Assembly: GCA_013791785.1 (NCBI GenBank)
Contig: VMTD01000065.1
Coordinates: 40,111-60,110 of the forward strand
DNA: 20,000 nt
DNA from: Methanobacteriota archaeon
Lineage (GTDB): Archaea > Thermoplasmatota > Thermoplasmata > SG8-5
Reading direction: 5' to 3'
The notes beneath the pieces were generated by a model. That model ran no database searches, had not been told where the DNA came from, and saw only the letters and a program-made list of their open reading frames with translations. Numbering within the stretch: position 1 is the first letter of the stretch; every line of letters starts with the position of its first letter. The position numbers were made by a program, and so were the translations under genes. This document shows positions 1 to 8,015 of this stretch, piece after piece.

Positions 1-645
1 GGAAAATGCATCCGCAAAATATTCCCTCTGCCTGGAAAGCCTCAGAATCATCAGCTGAGAAACCACATACACCACGAAACCGATTACCGCGGCCACAATT
101 ATCGCCGCTCCGCCCTTCTTTCCCCCTCCCCGGGCGTAGAAAACCGAGCGCGCCATCATGTAAGCCAGTAGCGGAACGACGCTTACTACTGTCATGATGG
201 TCATGTCATTGTGCTTTATGTGCCCGACCTCGTGGGCGAGAACGCCGCGTATCTCGTCCTTGTCCAGCTGTTCCAGGAGACCGACATGCACCGCCAGGGT
301 GGCCGAGGATTTCGAACGGCCGAACACGAAGGCGTTTGGTGTTCTGTCCGGCGATATAGCCAGCTTCGGCATGGGGACACCGGATTTCTGGCACAGTTCC
401 CTCACGGTGTTCTCAAGGAAGGGATTCTCTCCGGCCCGCAGGTACCTGAGCTTGGAGGACCAGCGGATTACGCTGGGCGAAATGGCCCACTGGAGCAGAA
501 CGAATAAAATTGTGATGAATATTATCACAATTATCTGGAACCAGAACGGGATGAAGGTTCCCGCCATGTACCACTGGAGAAGCGTGCTGATTACCACAAG
601 AAGAAAGAACAGCATTCCGAATATCAGAATCAGTGTGAGTGCCAT
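1..645 (-). CDS. htpX: Zinc metalloprotease HtpX-like, C-terminal part cut by window edge
   Basis: Open minus frame running from ATG at 645..643 off the left edge (not in the ORF track because it is open-ended). Translation begins MALTLILIFGMLFFLLVVISTLLQWYMAG...SPSVIRWSSKLRYLRAGENPFLENTVRELCQKSGVPMPKLAIYRT... and contains FGRSKSSATLAVHVGLLEQLDKDEIRGVLAHEVGHIKHNDM, i.e. the HEXXH zinc motif in HtpX context with N-terminal TM segments. Confidence 0.93.
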   Translation of the reverse strand, partial: MALTLILIFGMLFFLLVVISTLLQWYMAGTFIPFWFQIIVIIFITILFVLLQWAISPSVIRWSSKLRYLRAGENPFLENTVRELCQKSGVPMPKLAISPDRTPNAFVFGRSKSSATLAVHVGLLEQLDKDEIRGVLAHEVGHIKHNDMTIMTVVSVVPLLAYMMARSVFYARGGGKKGGAAIIVAAVIGFVVYVVSQLMILRLSRQREYFADAFS

Positions 646-718
646 GCTCCTTTTCAATGCACCCAGGGATGCCATGAAAAAGGTTTATACCGCTTGGGCA
701 TATATTCTTATCGGTAAA

Positions 719-1492
719 ATGCCGGAAATACTGCAGAAGCTGAATTGCCCCGATTGCGGCGGGCCGCTGAAGGTCCAGGCAGGTGATGCCATAGTCACCT
801 GCGGATATTGCGGTTCCGATGTTAACCTGGCCGTCGGCTCGAAATACTTTCTCAAGCACAGCATCATACCGCCCAGGATAGGCCAGGATTCCATTGATTC
901 GGTGATAAAGGCATGGATGGGCAGGGGATTCCTGAAGCCGGACGACCTGGCAAGGAAGTACAAGCTGGTCAGTAGGGAGCTTCAGATGCTGCCGCTCTTC
1001 ATAGTCAATGCCACTGTAAGAACAGAATACGAGGGCGAGATCACCAGGACCGGCCAACCCGCGCCCAGAAGTGGTGTTCTGGAGAAGGAATATTACTGGA
1101 AGGTGCTGGGGCGCCGGGCTTCCGCATTCCCAACCAGGGAGTACCAGGTACCGCTGGCTGCCAAGGAGGATTTCGAGATTTCGAAGCTTGTGCCCGGGAT
1201 AAAGTTCCTCAACTCGGAGATGGCGGAAGATGAGGCAATCAACATTGCCAGACAGGAGATGGAAGCACATCACAGATTCCTGCTTGAGAAAGAGCTGGAC
1301 ACCCTCAGCCGCTTCGAGACGAAATTCGATATCAGGAACACGGAATTTCTTCATGTGTCTGCGTGGTTCATCACATACCAGTACAACGGAAAGCTTTACA
1401 ACCTGATACTTGATGGCGCCACAGGAGATGACGTGAAGGCCGATATCCCCCAGAAGGGAAAAGGATTGTTCGGCGGATTGCTGGGAGGTTGA
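719..1492 (+). CDS. Zinc-ribbon hypothetical protein (about 257 aa)
   Basis: In-frame ATG at 719 inside the longer track ORF 194..1492; the upstream part of that ORF overlaps htpX antisense. N-terminus MPEILQKLNCPDCGGPLKVQAGDAIVTCGYCGSDVNL has two CxxC knuckles. Confidence 0.85.
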   Translation: MPEILQKLNCPDCGGPLKVQAGDAIVTCGYCGSDVNLAVGSKYFLKHSIIPPRIGQDSIDSVIKAWMGRGFLKPDDLARKYKLVSRELQMLPLFIVNATVRTEYEGEITRTGQPAPRSGVLEKEYYWKVLGRRASAFPTREYQVPLAAKEDFEISKLVPGIKFLNSEMAEDEAINIARQEMEAHHRFLLEKELDTLSRFETKFDIRNTEFLHVSAWFITYQYNGKLYNLILDGATGDDVKADIPQKGKGLFGGLLGG

Positions 1493-1494
1493 AC

Positions 1495-1683
1495 ATGTCG
1501 GAAAAACTGTTGCAACACAAACATTGCAGGAACTGCGAAAAGGCCATACCATTGAAAGAGGATTACTGCGGAGACGAGTGCAAGATCCAGCACCAGAACA
1601 TGCTGAGAAAAAAACGGAACCAGCTTTACATACTCATGGCAATAGCCATGGGACTCATGCTGGTGACCCTCATGGTCGGGTAA
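1495..1683 (+). CDS. DUF2116-like small zinc-ribbon membrane protein
   Basis: MSEKLLQHKHCRNCEKAIPLKEDYCGDECKIQHQNMLRKKRNQLYILMAIAMGLMLVTLMVG: N-terminal CxxC...CxxxC ribbon plus one C-terminal TM helix; starts 2 nt after the preceding stop. Confidence 0.8.
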   Translation: MSEKLLQHKHCRNCEKAIPLKEDYCGDECKIQHQNMLRKKRNQLYILMAIAMGLMLVTLMVG

Positions 1684-1684
1684 T

Positions 1685-2128
1685 ATGACAGTTAAGGTTT
1701 GCCTCGGGGGAACTTTCAACATAATTCATCAGGGCCACCTGGCGCTTCTGTCCAGGGCATGCATGGAAGGGGATGAGATTTTCATAGGGCTGACCAGTGA
1801 TTCCATGGCCGGGATATCGAGAAAGGTCAAGGTCAACAGCTATGCCACCAGGCTCCGGAATCTTGCGGAAATCATTGAAAAAATCTGCCCTGACGGGGAA
1901 GTCACCATCCGCGAGATAAACGATGATATGGGACCGGCGGCCACCGGGGATTTTGATGTCATAATTGTTTCAAGTGAGACAGTGAAAGGGGCGGAGCGCA
2001 TCAACAGGGCCAGGGCTGTGGTGGATCTTAAACCCCTGAGGATAGTTGTCATAGAAATGGTACTTGGCCCTGACGGGGAAAAGGTGTCGGCCACCCACAT
2101 GATACAAGACAGAGGGCGTAACGCTTAA
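1685..2128 (+). CDS. coaD: Phosphopantetheine adenylyltransferase, archaeal type
   Basis: MTVKVCLGGTFNIIHQGHLALLSRACMEGDEIFIGLTSD: nucleotidyltransferase GGTFxxxHxGH motif and archaeal PPAT-like length and sequence. Confidence 0.85.
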   Translation: MTVKVCLGGTFNIIHQGHLALLSRACMEGDEIFIGLTSDSMAGISRKVKVNSYATRLRNLAEIIEKICPDGEVTIREINDDMGPAATGDFDVIIVSSETVKGAERINRARAVVDLKPLRIVVIEMVLGPDGEKVSATHMIQDRGRNA

Positions 2129-2153
2129 TATCGGCAACCCCCATACAGGTATC

Positions 2154-2948
2154 ATGGCCTCGAAGAAAGAGCTGGAGAAAAAATTGGAATACGCCAGAGG
2201 TTACCGCGACGCCTTAGTGGACACCTGGGAGAACATCATCAAGATGGTCACCAAGGGCTATTCGTCAAGGGAACTCCAGATAATGAGCAAGACCATAGCT
2301 TCCGATGCCAGGCACCAGATTGAGACAAAGATTTCCGAATTGGAAGCGGATTTCGCCCAGGACGAAATAATAGATCTCGACGAGGGAGCCAGAGTGGATG
2401 CGCCCCCGGCCAGGAAAAAGATGGAAAGCCTGAAGCCGGGAATGTCCATCATGTTCAGGGAGCCCAGAGCGGCAAAATGCTACCAGATGTTCGAGAAAGA
2501 GATTGCCGGCGGAATGGCCGGGCTGTGCGTTTCAAGGTCCGCTCCGAGGGAGATAAGAGATGCCTACGAAATAGGCAAAACCCAGGTGATATGGCTCACC
2601 AACACCGAGAAGGTGGACATGAACCTGCCGCCGTCCGCGCTTGGGCTCGCCACCGATTCCGGGGAACAGGGAAATGTCAATGACGAGCACATGCAGCCAT
2701 CGGCACTGCCCATGATTTACTCCATGATACTGAATTTTCTGGACGGGAACAGGGGCGGCCTCGTGCTGATTGAGGGACTGGAATATCTCACATCCCACAA
2801 TACTTTCCAGTCAATGCTGGCCTTTCTCCAGAAGGTCAATGAGGACGTGAAGAGGACCGGCTCCAGGCTAATAGTTTCAGTGAATCACTCCGCATTCGAG
2901 CTGAAGCAATTCAGCCATCTGGAGACCGAGATGAGCCAGGTTGTTTGA
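2154..2948 (+). CDS. DUF835 domain-containing protein
   Basis: 264 aa; helical N-terminus, then LKPGMSIMFREPRAAKCYQMFEKEIAGGMAGLCVSRSAP...QVIWLTNTE...GGLVLIEGLEYLTSHNTFQSMLAFLQKVNEDVKRTGSRLIVSVNHSAF, typical of archaeal DUF835. Confidence 0.82.
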   Translation: MASKKELEKKLEYARGYRDALVDTWENIIKMVTKGYSSRELQIMSKTIASDARHQIETKISELEADFAQDEIIDLDEGARVDAPPARKKMESLKPGMSIMFREPRAAKCYQMFEKEIAGGMAGLCVSRSAPREIRDAYEIGKTQVIWLTNTEKVDMNLPPSALGLATDSGEQGNVNDEHMQPSALPMIYSMILNFLDGNRGGLVLIEGLEYLTSHNTFQSMLAFLQKVNEDVKRTGSRLIVSVNHSAFELKQFSHLETEMSQVV

Positions 2949-2951
2949 TGC

Positions 2952-3770
2952 TCAGTTCAAGATTTTTCCGTCCGAGGATATTGTGACATCATTGAATTCC
3001 ACATTCCTGCCGGCACGTTCCATGGCGGTCTTCACCAGTCGGGTCAGGCCGAAGCAGCACGGCACCTCCATGTGAATGGCAGTGACTGATTTCACGTCGT
3101 TCTGAGCGAAGATATCGGTGAGTTTCTCTAGGTAAGCGCCTGCATCATCCAGCTTCGGACAGCCCACCAACGCAACTCTGCCCCTCAGAAAATCCTCATG
3201 AAACTCCGGGTAGGCGAACGGCACGCAGTCCGCAGCCACCAGTATGTCAGCGTTCTTCAGAAACGGCGCATGGGCCGGAACAAGATGAATCTGGACCGGC
3301 CAGGTTCCCAGCCTGGAAGTTCGGCGTTTAGTTGGAACACTAAATGTTGCTGTTTCTATTGTTTTTACTTCGTCAGCACAGCAGCCACAGGCCAGTTTTT
3401 CTTCAATTTTGAAACCATCTGGCACAGAAATATTATTCTTTTCAAGATATTCGATTCCCTGATTCATTAAATCAACGGCATTATGGTCTTTCAGGTGCTG
3501 CAAATGTTCCCTGATTGTGTTTGGGCCCTTCAGAACTATGGTTTTCATAACTGCTTTTTCATCATATGGGACTGCTTCTCGAACTTCGATGGAAATCGCT
3601 CCCTCTGGACAATGGCCGATGCAGGCACCCAGACCATCGCAGAACAGATCGCTGATTAATCTGGCTTTTCCATCAACTATTTTCAGGGCACCTTCATGAC
3701 AATTGGGAATGCACTGGCCGCAGCCATTGCACAGCCCTTCATCGATAATAATTATTTCTCTTTCGGACAT
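2952..3770 (-). CDS. 4Fe-4S binding protein (ferredoxin-type N-terminus, Cys-rich C-terminal domain)
   Basis: MSEREIIIIDEGLCNGCGQCIPNCHEGALKIVDGKARLISDLFCDGLGACIGHCPEGAI, plus ACGCC, GCPKLDD and PCCFGL motifs downstream. Confidence 0.88.
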   Translation of the reverse strand: MSEREIIIIDEGLCNGCGQCIPNCHEGALKIVDGKARLISDLFCDGLGACIGHCPEGAISIEVREAVPYDEKAVMKTIVLKGPNTIREHLQHLKDHNAVDLMNQGIEYLEKNNISVPDGFKIEEKLACGCCADEVKTIETATFSVPTKRRTSRLGTWPVQIHLVPAHAPFLKNADILVAADCVPFAYPEFHEDFLRGRVALVGCPKLDDAGAYLEKLTDIFAQNDVKSVTAIHMEVPCCFGLTRLVKTAMERAGRNVEFNDVTISSDGKILN

Positions 3771-3901
3771 TTTTAACCACCTTCAAATCTGTATCGGGCC
3801 AATAATATATCAAATTACTTTAAGTAAATTATTGACAATAATTAGAAATCAACAATTAATCATTGATAAAATTTAAATAGCATATTGATAATTGCTAAAA
3901 C

Positions 3902-4477
3902 ATGAAACGAAATATTGCTTTTGATGATAAAGACAAGAAAATTCTGACCATGTTCAGTCAGAATCCAAATGTCAGCCAGGAAGTAATTGGCGAGGAAATT
4001 GGAATGAAACAACCATCGGTTGCGGTACGCATCAGGAAACTGAGGGAAGCAGGCGCCCTGGAAATACAGGCGGGGGTGGACCCGTTCAGACTTTGCCTCC
4101 AGATTGCAAAAGTGGACGTTACCACTTCCGACCCGGGGAAGGTCCTGAAGCTGTTCAACAGCTGCCCGTACTTCATGAACGGTCTGATAATCTCCGGAAA
4201 GAACAATCTTTCACTGTTCTTCGTTGCAGAGAACATATCCACGCTGGAATCCATAGTGGACGGCCATCTCAGGAGGATGCCGGAGGTCCAGCTGGTGGAT
4301 TTCAATATCGTTATTTCAGCTGCCAAAAAGATGATTATGCCTGTCGATCTGGTCTGGGAGAAACGAAACAGGGGCCCCTGTGAGCCTGGCGGCACGTGCA
4401 AGGAATGCGAAAGTTACAAAACCGGAAGATGCACTGGGTGTCCAATGGTCATAGCTAGGGACGGATGGTTCTTTTAA
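3902..4477 (+). CDS. Lrp/AsnC-like winged-HTH regulator with C-terminal cysteine cluster
   Basis: N-terminus DDKDKKILTMFSQNPNVSQEVIGEEIGMKQPSVAVRIRKLREAGALE is an Lrp-type HTH; the tail GPCEPGGTCKECESYKTGRCTGCP is C-x5-C-x2-C-x7-C-x2-C. Confidence 0.85.
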   Translation: MKRNIAFDDKDKKILTMFSQNPNVSQEVIGEEIGMKQPSVAVRIRKLREAGALEIQAGVDPFRLCLQIAKVDVTTSDPGKVLKLFNSCPYFMNGLIISGKNNLSLFFVAENISTLESIVDGHLRRMPEVQLVDFNIVISAAKKMIMPVDLVWEKRNRGPCEPGGTCKECESYKTGRCTGCPMVIARDGWFF

Positions 4478-4478
4478 C

Positions 4479-5159
4479 CTACATCGAGAAGACCCATATC
4501 TCCTGGTCATCCGGCATGTCCTCGGCAGTTAACTCTATCTCGTTGCCGACGCGAATAACCATTGCCGGGTCCGCCTTTTCCAGGAATCCTTCGACTGGCG
4601 CGATGGACAGAGATAGGCCGCCGGTCCTGAAATGCATAGGTACAATGACGCGAGGTTTCACTGCCCCGATAACTTTCCAGGCTGCAGCGGCATCCAGTGT
4701 GAATGTGCCGCCTACAGGGATGAAAAGAATATCCACGTGGCCCAGTTTTGATACCTGGGCATCCTCCAGCATCTGGCCGAGGTCTCCCAGATGGCAGAAT
4801 CTCAATTCGCCGAGTTCGAACCTGAATATGACGTTCTCGCCGCGCTTCTTCCCCTCCACCTCGTCATGGTAGCTTCCGACACCCAGTATGGGAATGCCCT
4901 TGATGTGGTGACTGCCGACCTTGGTAACGACTTTCTTGTCCAGGCCCTGGACTATTCTGTCGCAGTTGTGGTCGAAATGGTCGTGGCTCATGAGAACTAT
5001 ATCAGCGGCAACCACAGGCGGCTTTATGCCTATGGACCTGCCGTCATGCGGGTCGGTGACTATGGTAATTGCATCCTCTTCGCCAATCTCGAAACATGAA
5101 TGACCGTGCCATCTTATCAGCAATTCTTTGCCCCCTGTGCCACCATATATGAGGTGCAT
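4479..5159 (-). CDS. MBL-fold metal-dependent hydrolase (UPF0173/UlaG-like)
   Basis: LLIRWHGHSCFEI...LMSHDHFDHN...HHIKGIPILGVGSYHDEVEGKKRGENVIFRFELGELRFCHLGDLG...VDILFIPVGGTFTLD. A TTG start at about 5123, preceded by AGGGGGC, is an alternative start. Confidence 0.9.
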   Translation of the reverse strand: MHLIYGGTGGKELLIRWHGHSCFEIGEEDAITIVTDPHDGRSIGIKPPVVAADIVLMSHDHFDHNCDRIVQGLDKKVVTKVGSHHIKGIPILGVGSYHDEVEGKKRGENVIFRFELGELRFCHLGDLGQMLEDAQVSKLGHVDILFIPVGGTFTLDAAAAWKVIGAVKPRVIVPMHFRTGGLSLSIAPVEGFLEKADPAMVIRVGNEIELTAEDMPDDQEIWVFSM

Positions 5160-5167
5160 ATAAAATT

Positions 5168-5422
5168 TTACCTGTAGACGCAGAAATATTTCAGGAGCTT
5201 GTAAAGCAGCTCCCTGGTTTCCTCGGTTATGACTTCCTCTTTGGTCTTCAGGTCTATGAAATCCATGGCAGCATCCATGTCAATCTTGTCGGCCTTGGCT
5301 ATAATGGAGCCCTTCATGGTGCCGGTGATGTTTTCGGGTAAAGGGGAAAGGATCTTGGATAATTCGTACTTGAACTCTATCATTCTCCGGAGATTCAGGC
5401 GCTTCTTCTTTGGCGTCTGCAC
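5168..5422 (-). CDS. Small conserved-looking hypothetical protein (84 aa)
   Basis: ORF MQTPKKKRLNLRRMIEFKYELSKILSPLPENITGTMKGSII...; collinear with neighbouring minus genes; charged, soluble-looking composition. Confidence 0.6.
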   Translation of the reverse strand: MQTPKKKRLNLRRMIEFKYELSKILSPLPENITGTMKGSIIAKADKIDMDAAMDFIDLKTKEEVITEETRELLYKLLKYFCVYR

Positions 5423-5465
5423 TTTTCTCTTCCGCCTTAACGGAGCACGCCTGGGTCTGGGATTG

Positions 5466-5852
5466 TTAGAAAACCGTATTCCCCCTTGTGCGCTCTTTCT
5501 CTCTGATGGAGTTCTGGAGCATTTTTTCGGTGTCCATACGACAGGCGACTTCCCTGTCCCTGGACAGCCTCATTAGAATGTGAGGTTGGTCCCTGTAATG
5601 GACAAACTCCTCGAAGGATATGTGGAGAGCGGCGGTTCGGAATATCTCGAAAGCCGCAAGGTCGGAATTTCCTGTGAATATGAGCCTGTTGTTGCCCAGG
5701 TCGAAGAACCCGTCGCGCTTCATCAGGTCGCTGACACCCCTTGCCATGCGCGGCTCGGTAAGCCCCAGCTCGGAAGCCAGGTCCGGGATGAACATGGGCA
5801 TGTCAGGAGTCTCGCGGAGGCGTCTTGCAAGCATTTCAACTTCGTCAGTCAT
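5466..5852 (-). CDS. Hypothetical protein, wHTH-like (128 aa)
   Basis: MTDEVEMLARRLRETPDMPMFIPDLASELGLTEPRMARGVSDLMKRDGFFDLGNNRLIF resembles a small winged-helix N-terminus; a TATA-like sequence (TTTTATAG, minus strand, about 5886-5893) lies upstream. Confidence 0.65.
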   Translation of the reverse strand: MTDEVEMLARRLRETPDMPMFIPDLASELGLTEPRMARGVSDLMKRDGFFDLGNNRLIFTGNSDLAAFEIFRTAALHISFEEFVHYRDQPHILMRLSRDREVACRMDTEKMLQNSIREKERTRGNTVF

Positions 5853-5914
5853 TGATTCACTCTGTCAGGCAATACCAAAACGTTACTATAAAACCTTTGG
5901 TTTGTCGTAAGAGT

Positions 5915-6050
5915 TCAGTCTTCTGAAGTTTTAGATTTTAGATTTTAGATTTTAGATTTTAGATTTTAGATATTTGCTGGCAGAATGTCCGTTCGTCGTA
6001 AATCTACAATCGTCAATCTACAATCTACAATCGTTACGCTGAATACTTAC
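5915..6050. repeat. Composite intergenic repeat element, copy 1
   Basis: TTCTGAAG, then six tandem TTTTAGA units (5929-5970), then TATTTGCTGGCAGAATGTCCGTTCG, TCGTAAATCTACAATCGTCAATCTACAATCTACAATCGTTAC and CTGAATACTTAC. The same ordered modules recur at 9975-10171. Confidence 0.85.
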
Positions 6051-6826
6051 GTTTTGTCGAGATTGGAGAGAATCAAACCCGCGGCCTTCTCCCCCGAAAG
6101 GAGCATTCCACCGAAAATCGGTCCCATCCTTGGCGCGCCCATGACGGCGTTTGCTGCCATTCCAATAACAACAAGGCCTGGATAAACCTCCCCTGTGTTT
6201 TCGACAACGGTCTGTTCGCCGACTTCGGCCCACATGGAACGTTCTCCCATTACATCACCGCTGGGTGTGTTCAACTTTCCTGCTTTCTTCCGGGCCACCG
6301 TGCAGACGCTCGCGTCATGGCCGGTTCCGTCAACAACAAAACTCGCGCCAATGGTCAGAGGGTCAACATGCATCTTTGTCAGATTAACGCCGGTCCAGTT
6401 AATTACAACGCCGCTTATTCTGTCCTTGCGAATCATAACGTCCTCGACCGTAACGGCATTCCAGACCTTGGCACCGGCATCGATGGCCGATGCCAACAAC
6501 TTTGCAACGCATTCAATCGAATCGGCTGTGAAATATCCATCAGCGGCATCCTCGACCCTCACACCGATTTCATCCAGAAGATGCCTGGATTCCGGCTGAA
6601 TTACGATTACAGGATAATTCATACCGCCGCCCCACATCCCGCCTCCCGGGGCGAGCTTTCTCTCGATGATCAGTACCTTCTTTCCGGCCTTTGCCAGGAT
6701 TCTTGCGGTCGTGAGTCCCGCGGGCCCGGCACCTGCGATTACCACATCAACCTGGGTCATGTTCAGGAATTCTCTGGAATAGCGTTCGAAAATCTTCCTT
6801 GTTACCTGAACATCATCAATCATCAT
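6047..6826 (-). CDS. thi4: Thi4-type thiamine thiazole synthase, archaeal sulfide-dependent-like class
   Basis: VDVVIAGAGPAGLTTARILAKAGKKVLIIERKLAPGGGMWGGGMNYPVIV, NWTGVNLTKMHVDPLTI and GMAANAVMGAPRMGPIFGGMLLSGEKAA. Start at MMIDDVQ (6826), preceded by AGGTG; the track ORF start at 6901 overlaps the upstream gene. Confidence 0.93.
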   Translation of the reverse strand: MMIDDVQVTRKIFERYSREFLNMTQVDVVIAGAGPAGLTTARILAKAGKKVLIIERKLAPGGGMWGGGMNYPVIVIQPESRHLLDEIGVRVEDAADGYFTADSIECVAKLLASAIDAGAKVWNAVTVEDVMIRKDRISGVVINWTGVNLTKMHVDPLTIGASFVVDGTGHDASVCTVARKKAGKLNTPSGDVMGERSMWAEVGEQTVVENTGEVYPGLVVIGMAANAVMGAPRMGPIFGGMLLSGEKAAGLILSNLDKT

Positions 6827-6831
6827 CACAC

Positions 6832-7572
6832 CTACTGGATTTTCCCGCACCTGATGCACTTCAGACGGCCCGAACCGGTCTCCGACATTCTGCCTCCGCA
6901 TGAATTACACTTTATCTCCTGTTCGGGCGCGGGAACGGAACTCTTGATACTGTCTGAAGTTGACGCATGTTCGGGCGCACTTGCGGTGGGCGACGGCGGA
7001 TACTGGTAGACCTGCTCGTGCCTAACTGCTTGGTACGGTTCCTGGGGCGGGGGAGCATACTTCGATTGCTGTGACTGGTAGATATGCTGGTCCTTCTCGG
7101 AAAGCGTGGAGGTGACTACCACAGTGGTACCTGCAACCCTATCAAGCCATTTCTGCTTGGGGTCTCCCTCGGAAACGAAGCCCACCACCCAGTCCAGTAA
7201 AAGAAATGGAAGATAAATCTTGGAAACGTTCCGGATCGCGGCCTTCCCCAGGTCCACGTCACCGCTCATGGCTATGACCCTGAGACCCATGATTCTCTTG
7301 CCGACGGAGGCCCTGCCGCCGGTGGATTCCAGAACAAAATAATAGAGGAACAGCAGAACGCCGGAATAGTTCGGCAGAAGAAGGGTCCAGACAAAGGGCA
7401 GTTCCCATTTCAGGAGCAAAAGTGTGAGCCAGGTGAGAAACATGCCGATGACAATGGCGATGATGCTGTCTACGAAAACCGCAACGATGCGTCTCAGCCA
7501 GTGCTCCTGGAGACTCCTGTCGCTGCCTATAATGTTGAGGGCCGAGACCAATGCATCACATCCTTGCGACAT
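6832..7572 (-). CDS. RDD-family membrane protein with C-terminal zinc ribbon
   Basis: LRRIVAVFVDSIIAIVIGMFLTW...GRASVGKRIMGLRVIAMSGDVDLGKAAIRNVSKIYLPFLLLDWVVGF matches the RDD pattern; C-terminus CNSCGGRMSETGSGRLKCIRCG is a zinc ribbon. Confidence 0.87.
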   Translation of the reverse strand: MSQGCDALVSALNIIGSDRSLQEHWLRRIVAVFVDSIIAIVIGMFLTWLTLLLLKWELPFVWTLLLPNYSGVLLFLYYFVLESTGGRASVGKRIMGLRVIAMSGDVDLGKAAIRNVSKIYLPFLLLDWVVGFVSEGDPKQKWLDRVAGTTVVVTSTLSEKDQHIYQSQQSKYAPPPQEPYQAVRHEQVYQYPPSPTASAPEHASTSDSIKSSVPAPEQEIKCNSCGGRMSETGSGRLKCIRCGKIQ

Positions 7573-7661
7573 TATAATGAATATGCGTATTTCAATGTTA
7601 TGTAGAAATCGGGGGCGGTAACATCATGGGGGAAATCCTGCCACACAAGGCACTCGAAATC

Positions 7662-7669
7662 TATAAATA
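7662..7669 (+). promoter_or_regulatory. TATA box for the 5S rRNA gene
   Basis: TATAAATA lies about 25-32 nt upstream of the inferred 5S 5' end. Confidence 0.65.
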
Positions 7670-7693
7670 CCGCATCTCTATCCTAGATTCGGT

Positions 7694-7814
7694 TTGACGG
7701 TCATAGCGGTGGGGCCACACCTGGTCTCATTCCGAACCCAGAAGTTAAGCCCACCTGCGTTCTGCGTAGTACTGTGGTACGAAAGTCCACGGAAAGCGCA
7801 GAACGCTGTCAGCC
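7694..7814 (+). rRNA. rrf: 5S ribosomal RNA
   Basis: Sequence ...GACGGTCATAGCGGTGGGGCCACACCTGGTCTCATTCCGAACCCAGAAGTTAAGCCCACCTGCG...GCTGTCAGCC; conserved CCGAACCCAGAAGTTAAG loop and helix I pairing TGACGGT with GCTGTCA. Confidence 0.96.
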
Positions 7815-8015
7815 ACTTTCTCTCTGAAAACTATTTGTTAACAATGAAAGTGGCCAAGACGAACACGTATTCTCACACTCTGCAAACAGGGTGTTCGTCG
7901 ATATCGCCAAACTAACTACTATTTTCTGTATCCGGCAAAGTCTGTTTGGCGATTATATCCTCTTGCACAGAAGCGATTTTACCCAGCTTCGCGTTGCATT
8001 TTGCAATCAAAACGT

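Noticed and set aside
194-718. Upstream portion of track ORF 194..1492 as coding
   Set aside because: It is antisense to the clearly coding htpX reading frame; the real gene most likely starts at ATG 719.
413-1552. Minus-strand 379-aa ORF
   Set aside because: It overlaps htpX in a different frame and the zinc-ribbon gene antisense, and has no recognisable domain; a shadow ORF.
3198-3470. Plus-strand 90-aa ORF
   Set aside because: Antisense to the 4Fe-4S protein gene; no recognisable motif.
5929-5970. TTTTAGA tandem array as CRISPR or telomere-like sequence
   Set aside because: Seven-base units without spacers are not CRISPR, and the array is part of a larger shared intergenic element.
6827-6901. 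N-terminal extension MRRQNVGDRFGPSEVHQVRENPVGV of thi4
   Set aside because: It overlaps the RDD/zinc-ribbon gene's 3' end, while an internal ATG at 6826 has a good AGGTG ribosome-binding site and fits Thi4 length.
7694-7915. Plus-strand 73-aa ORF
   Set aside because: It overlaps the 5S rRNA gene and lacks protein-like features.
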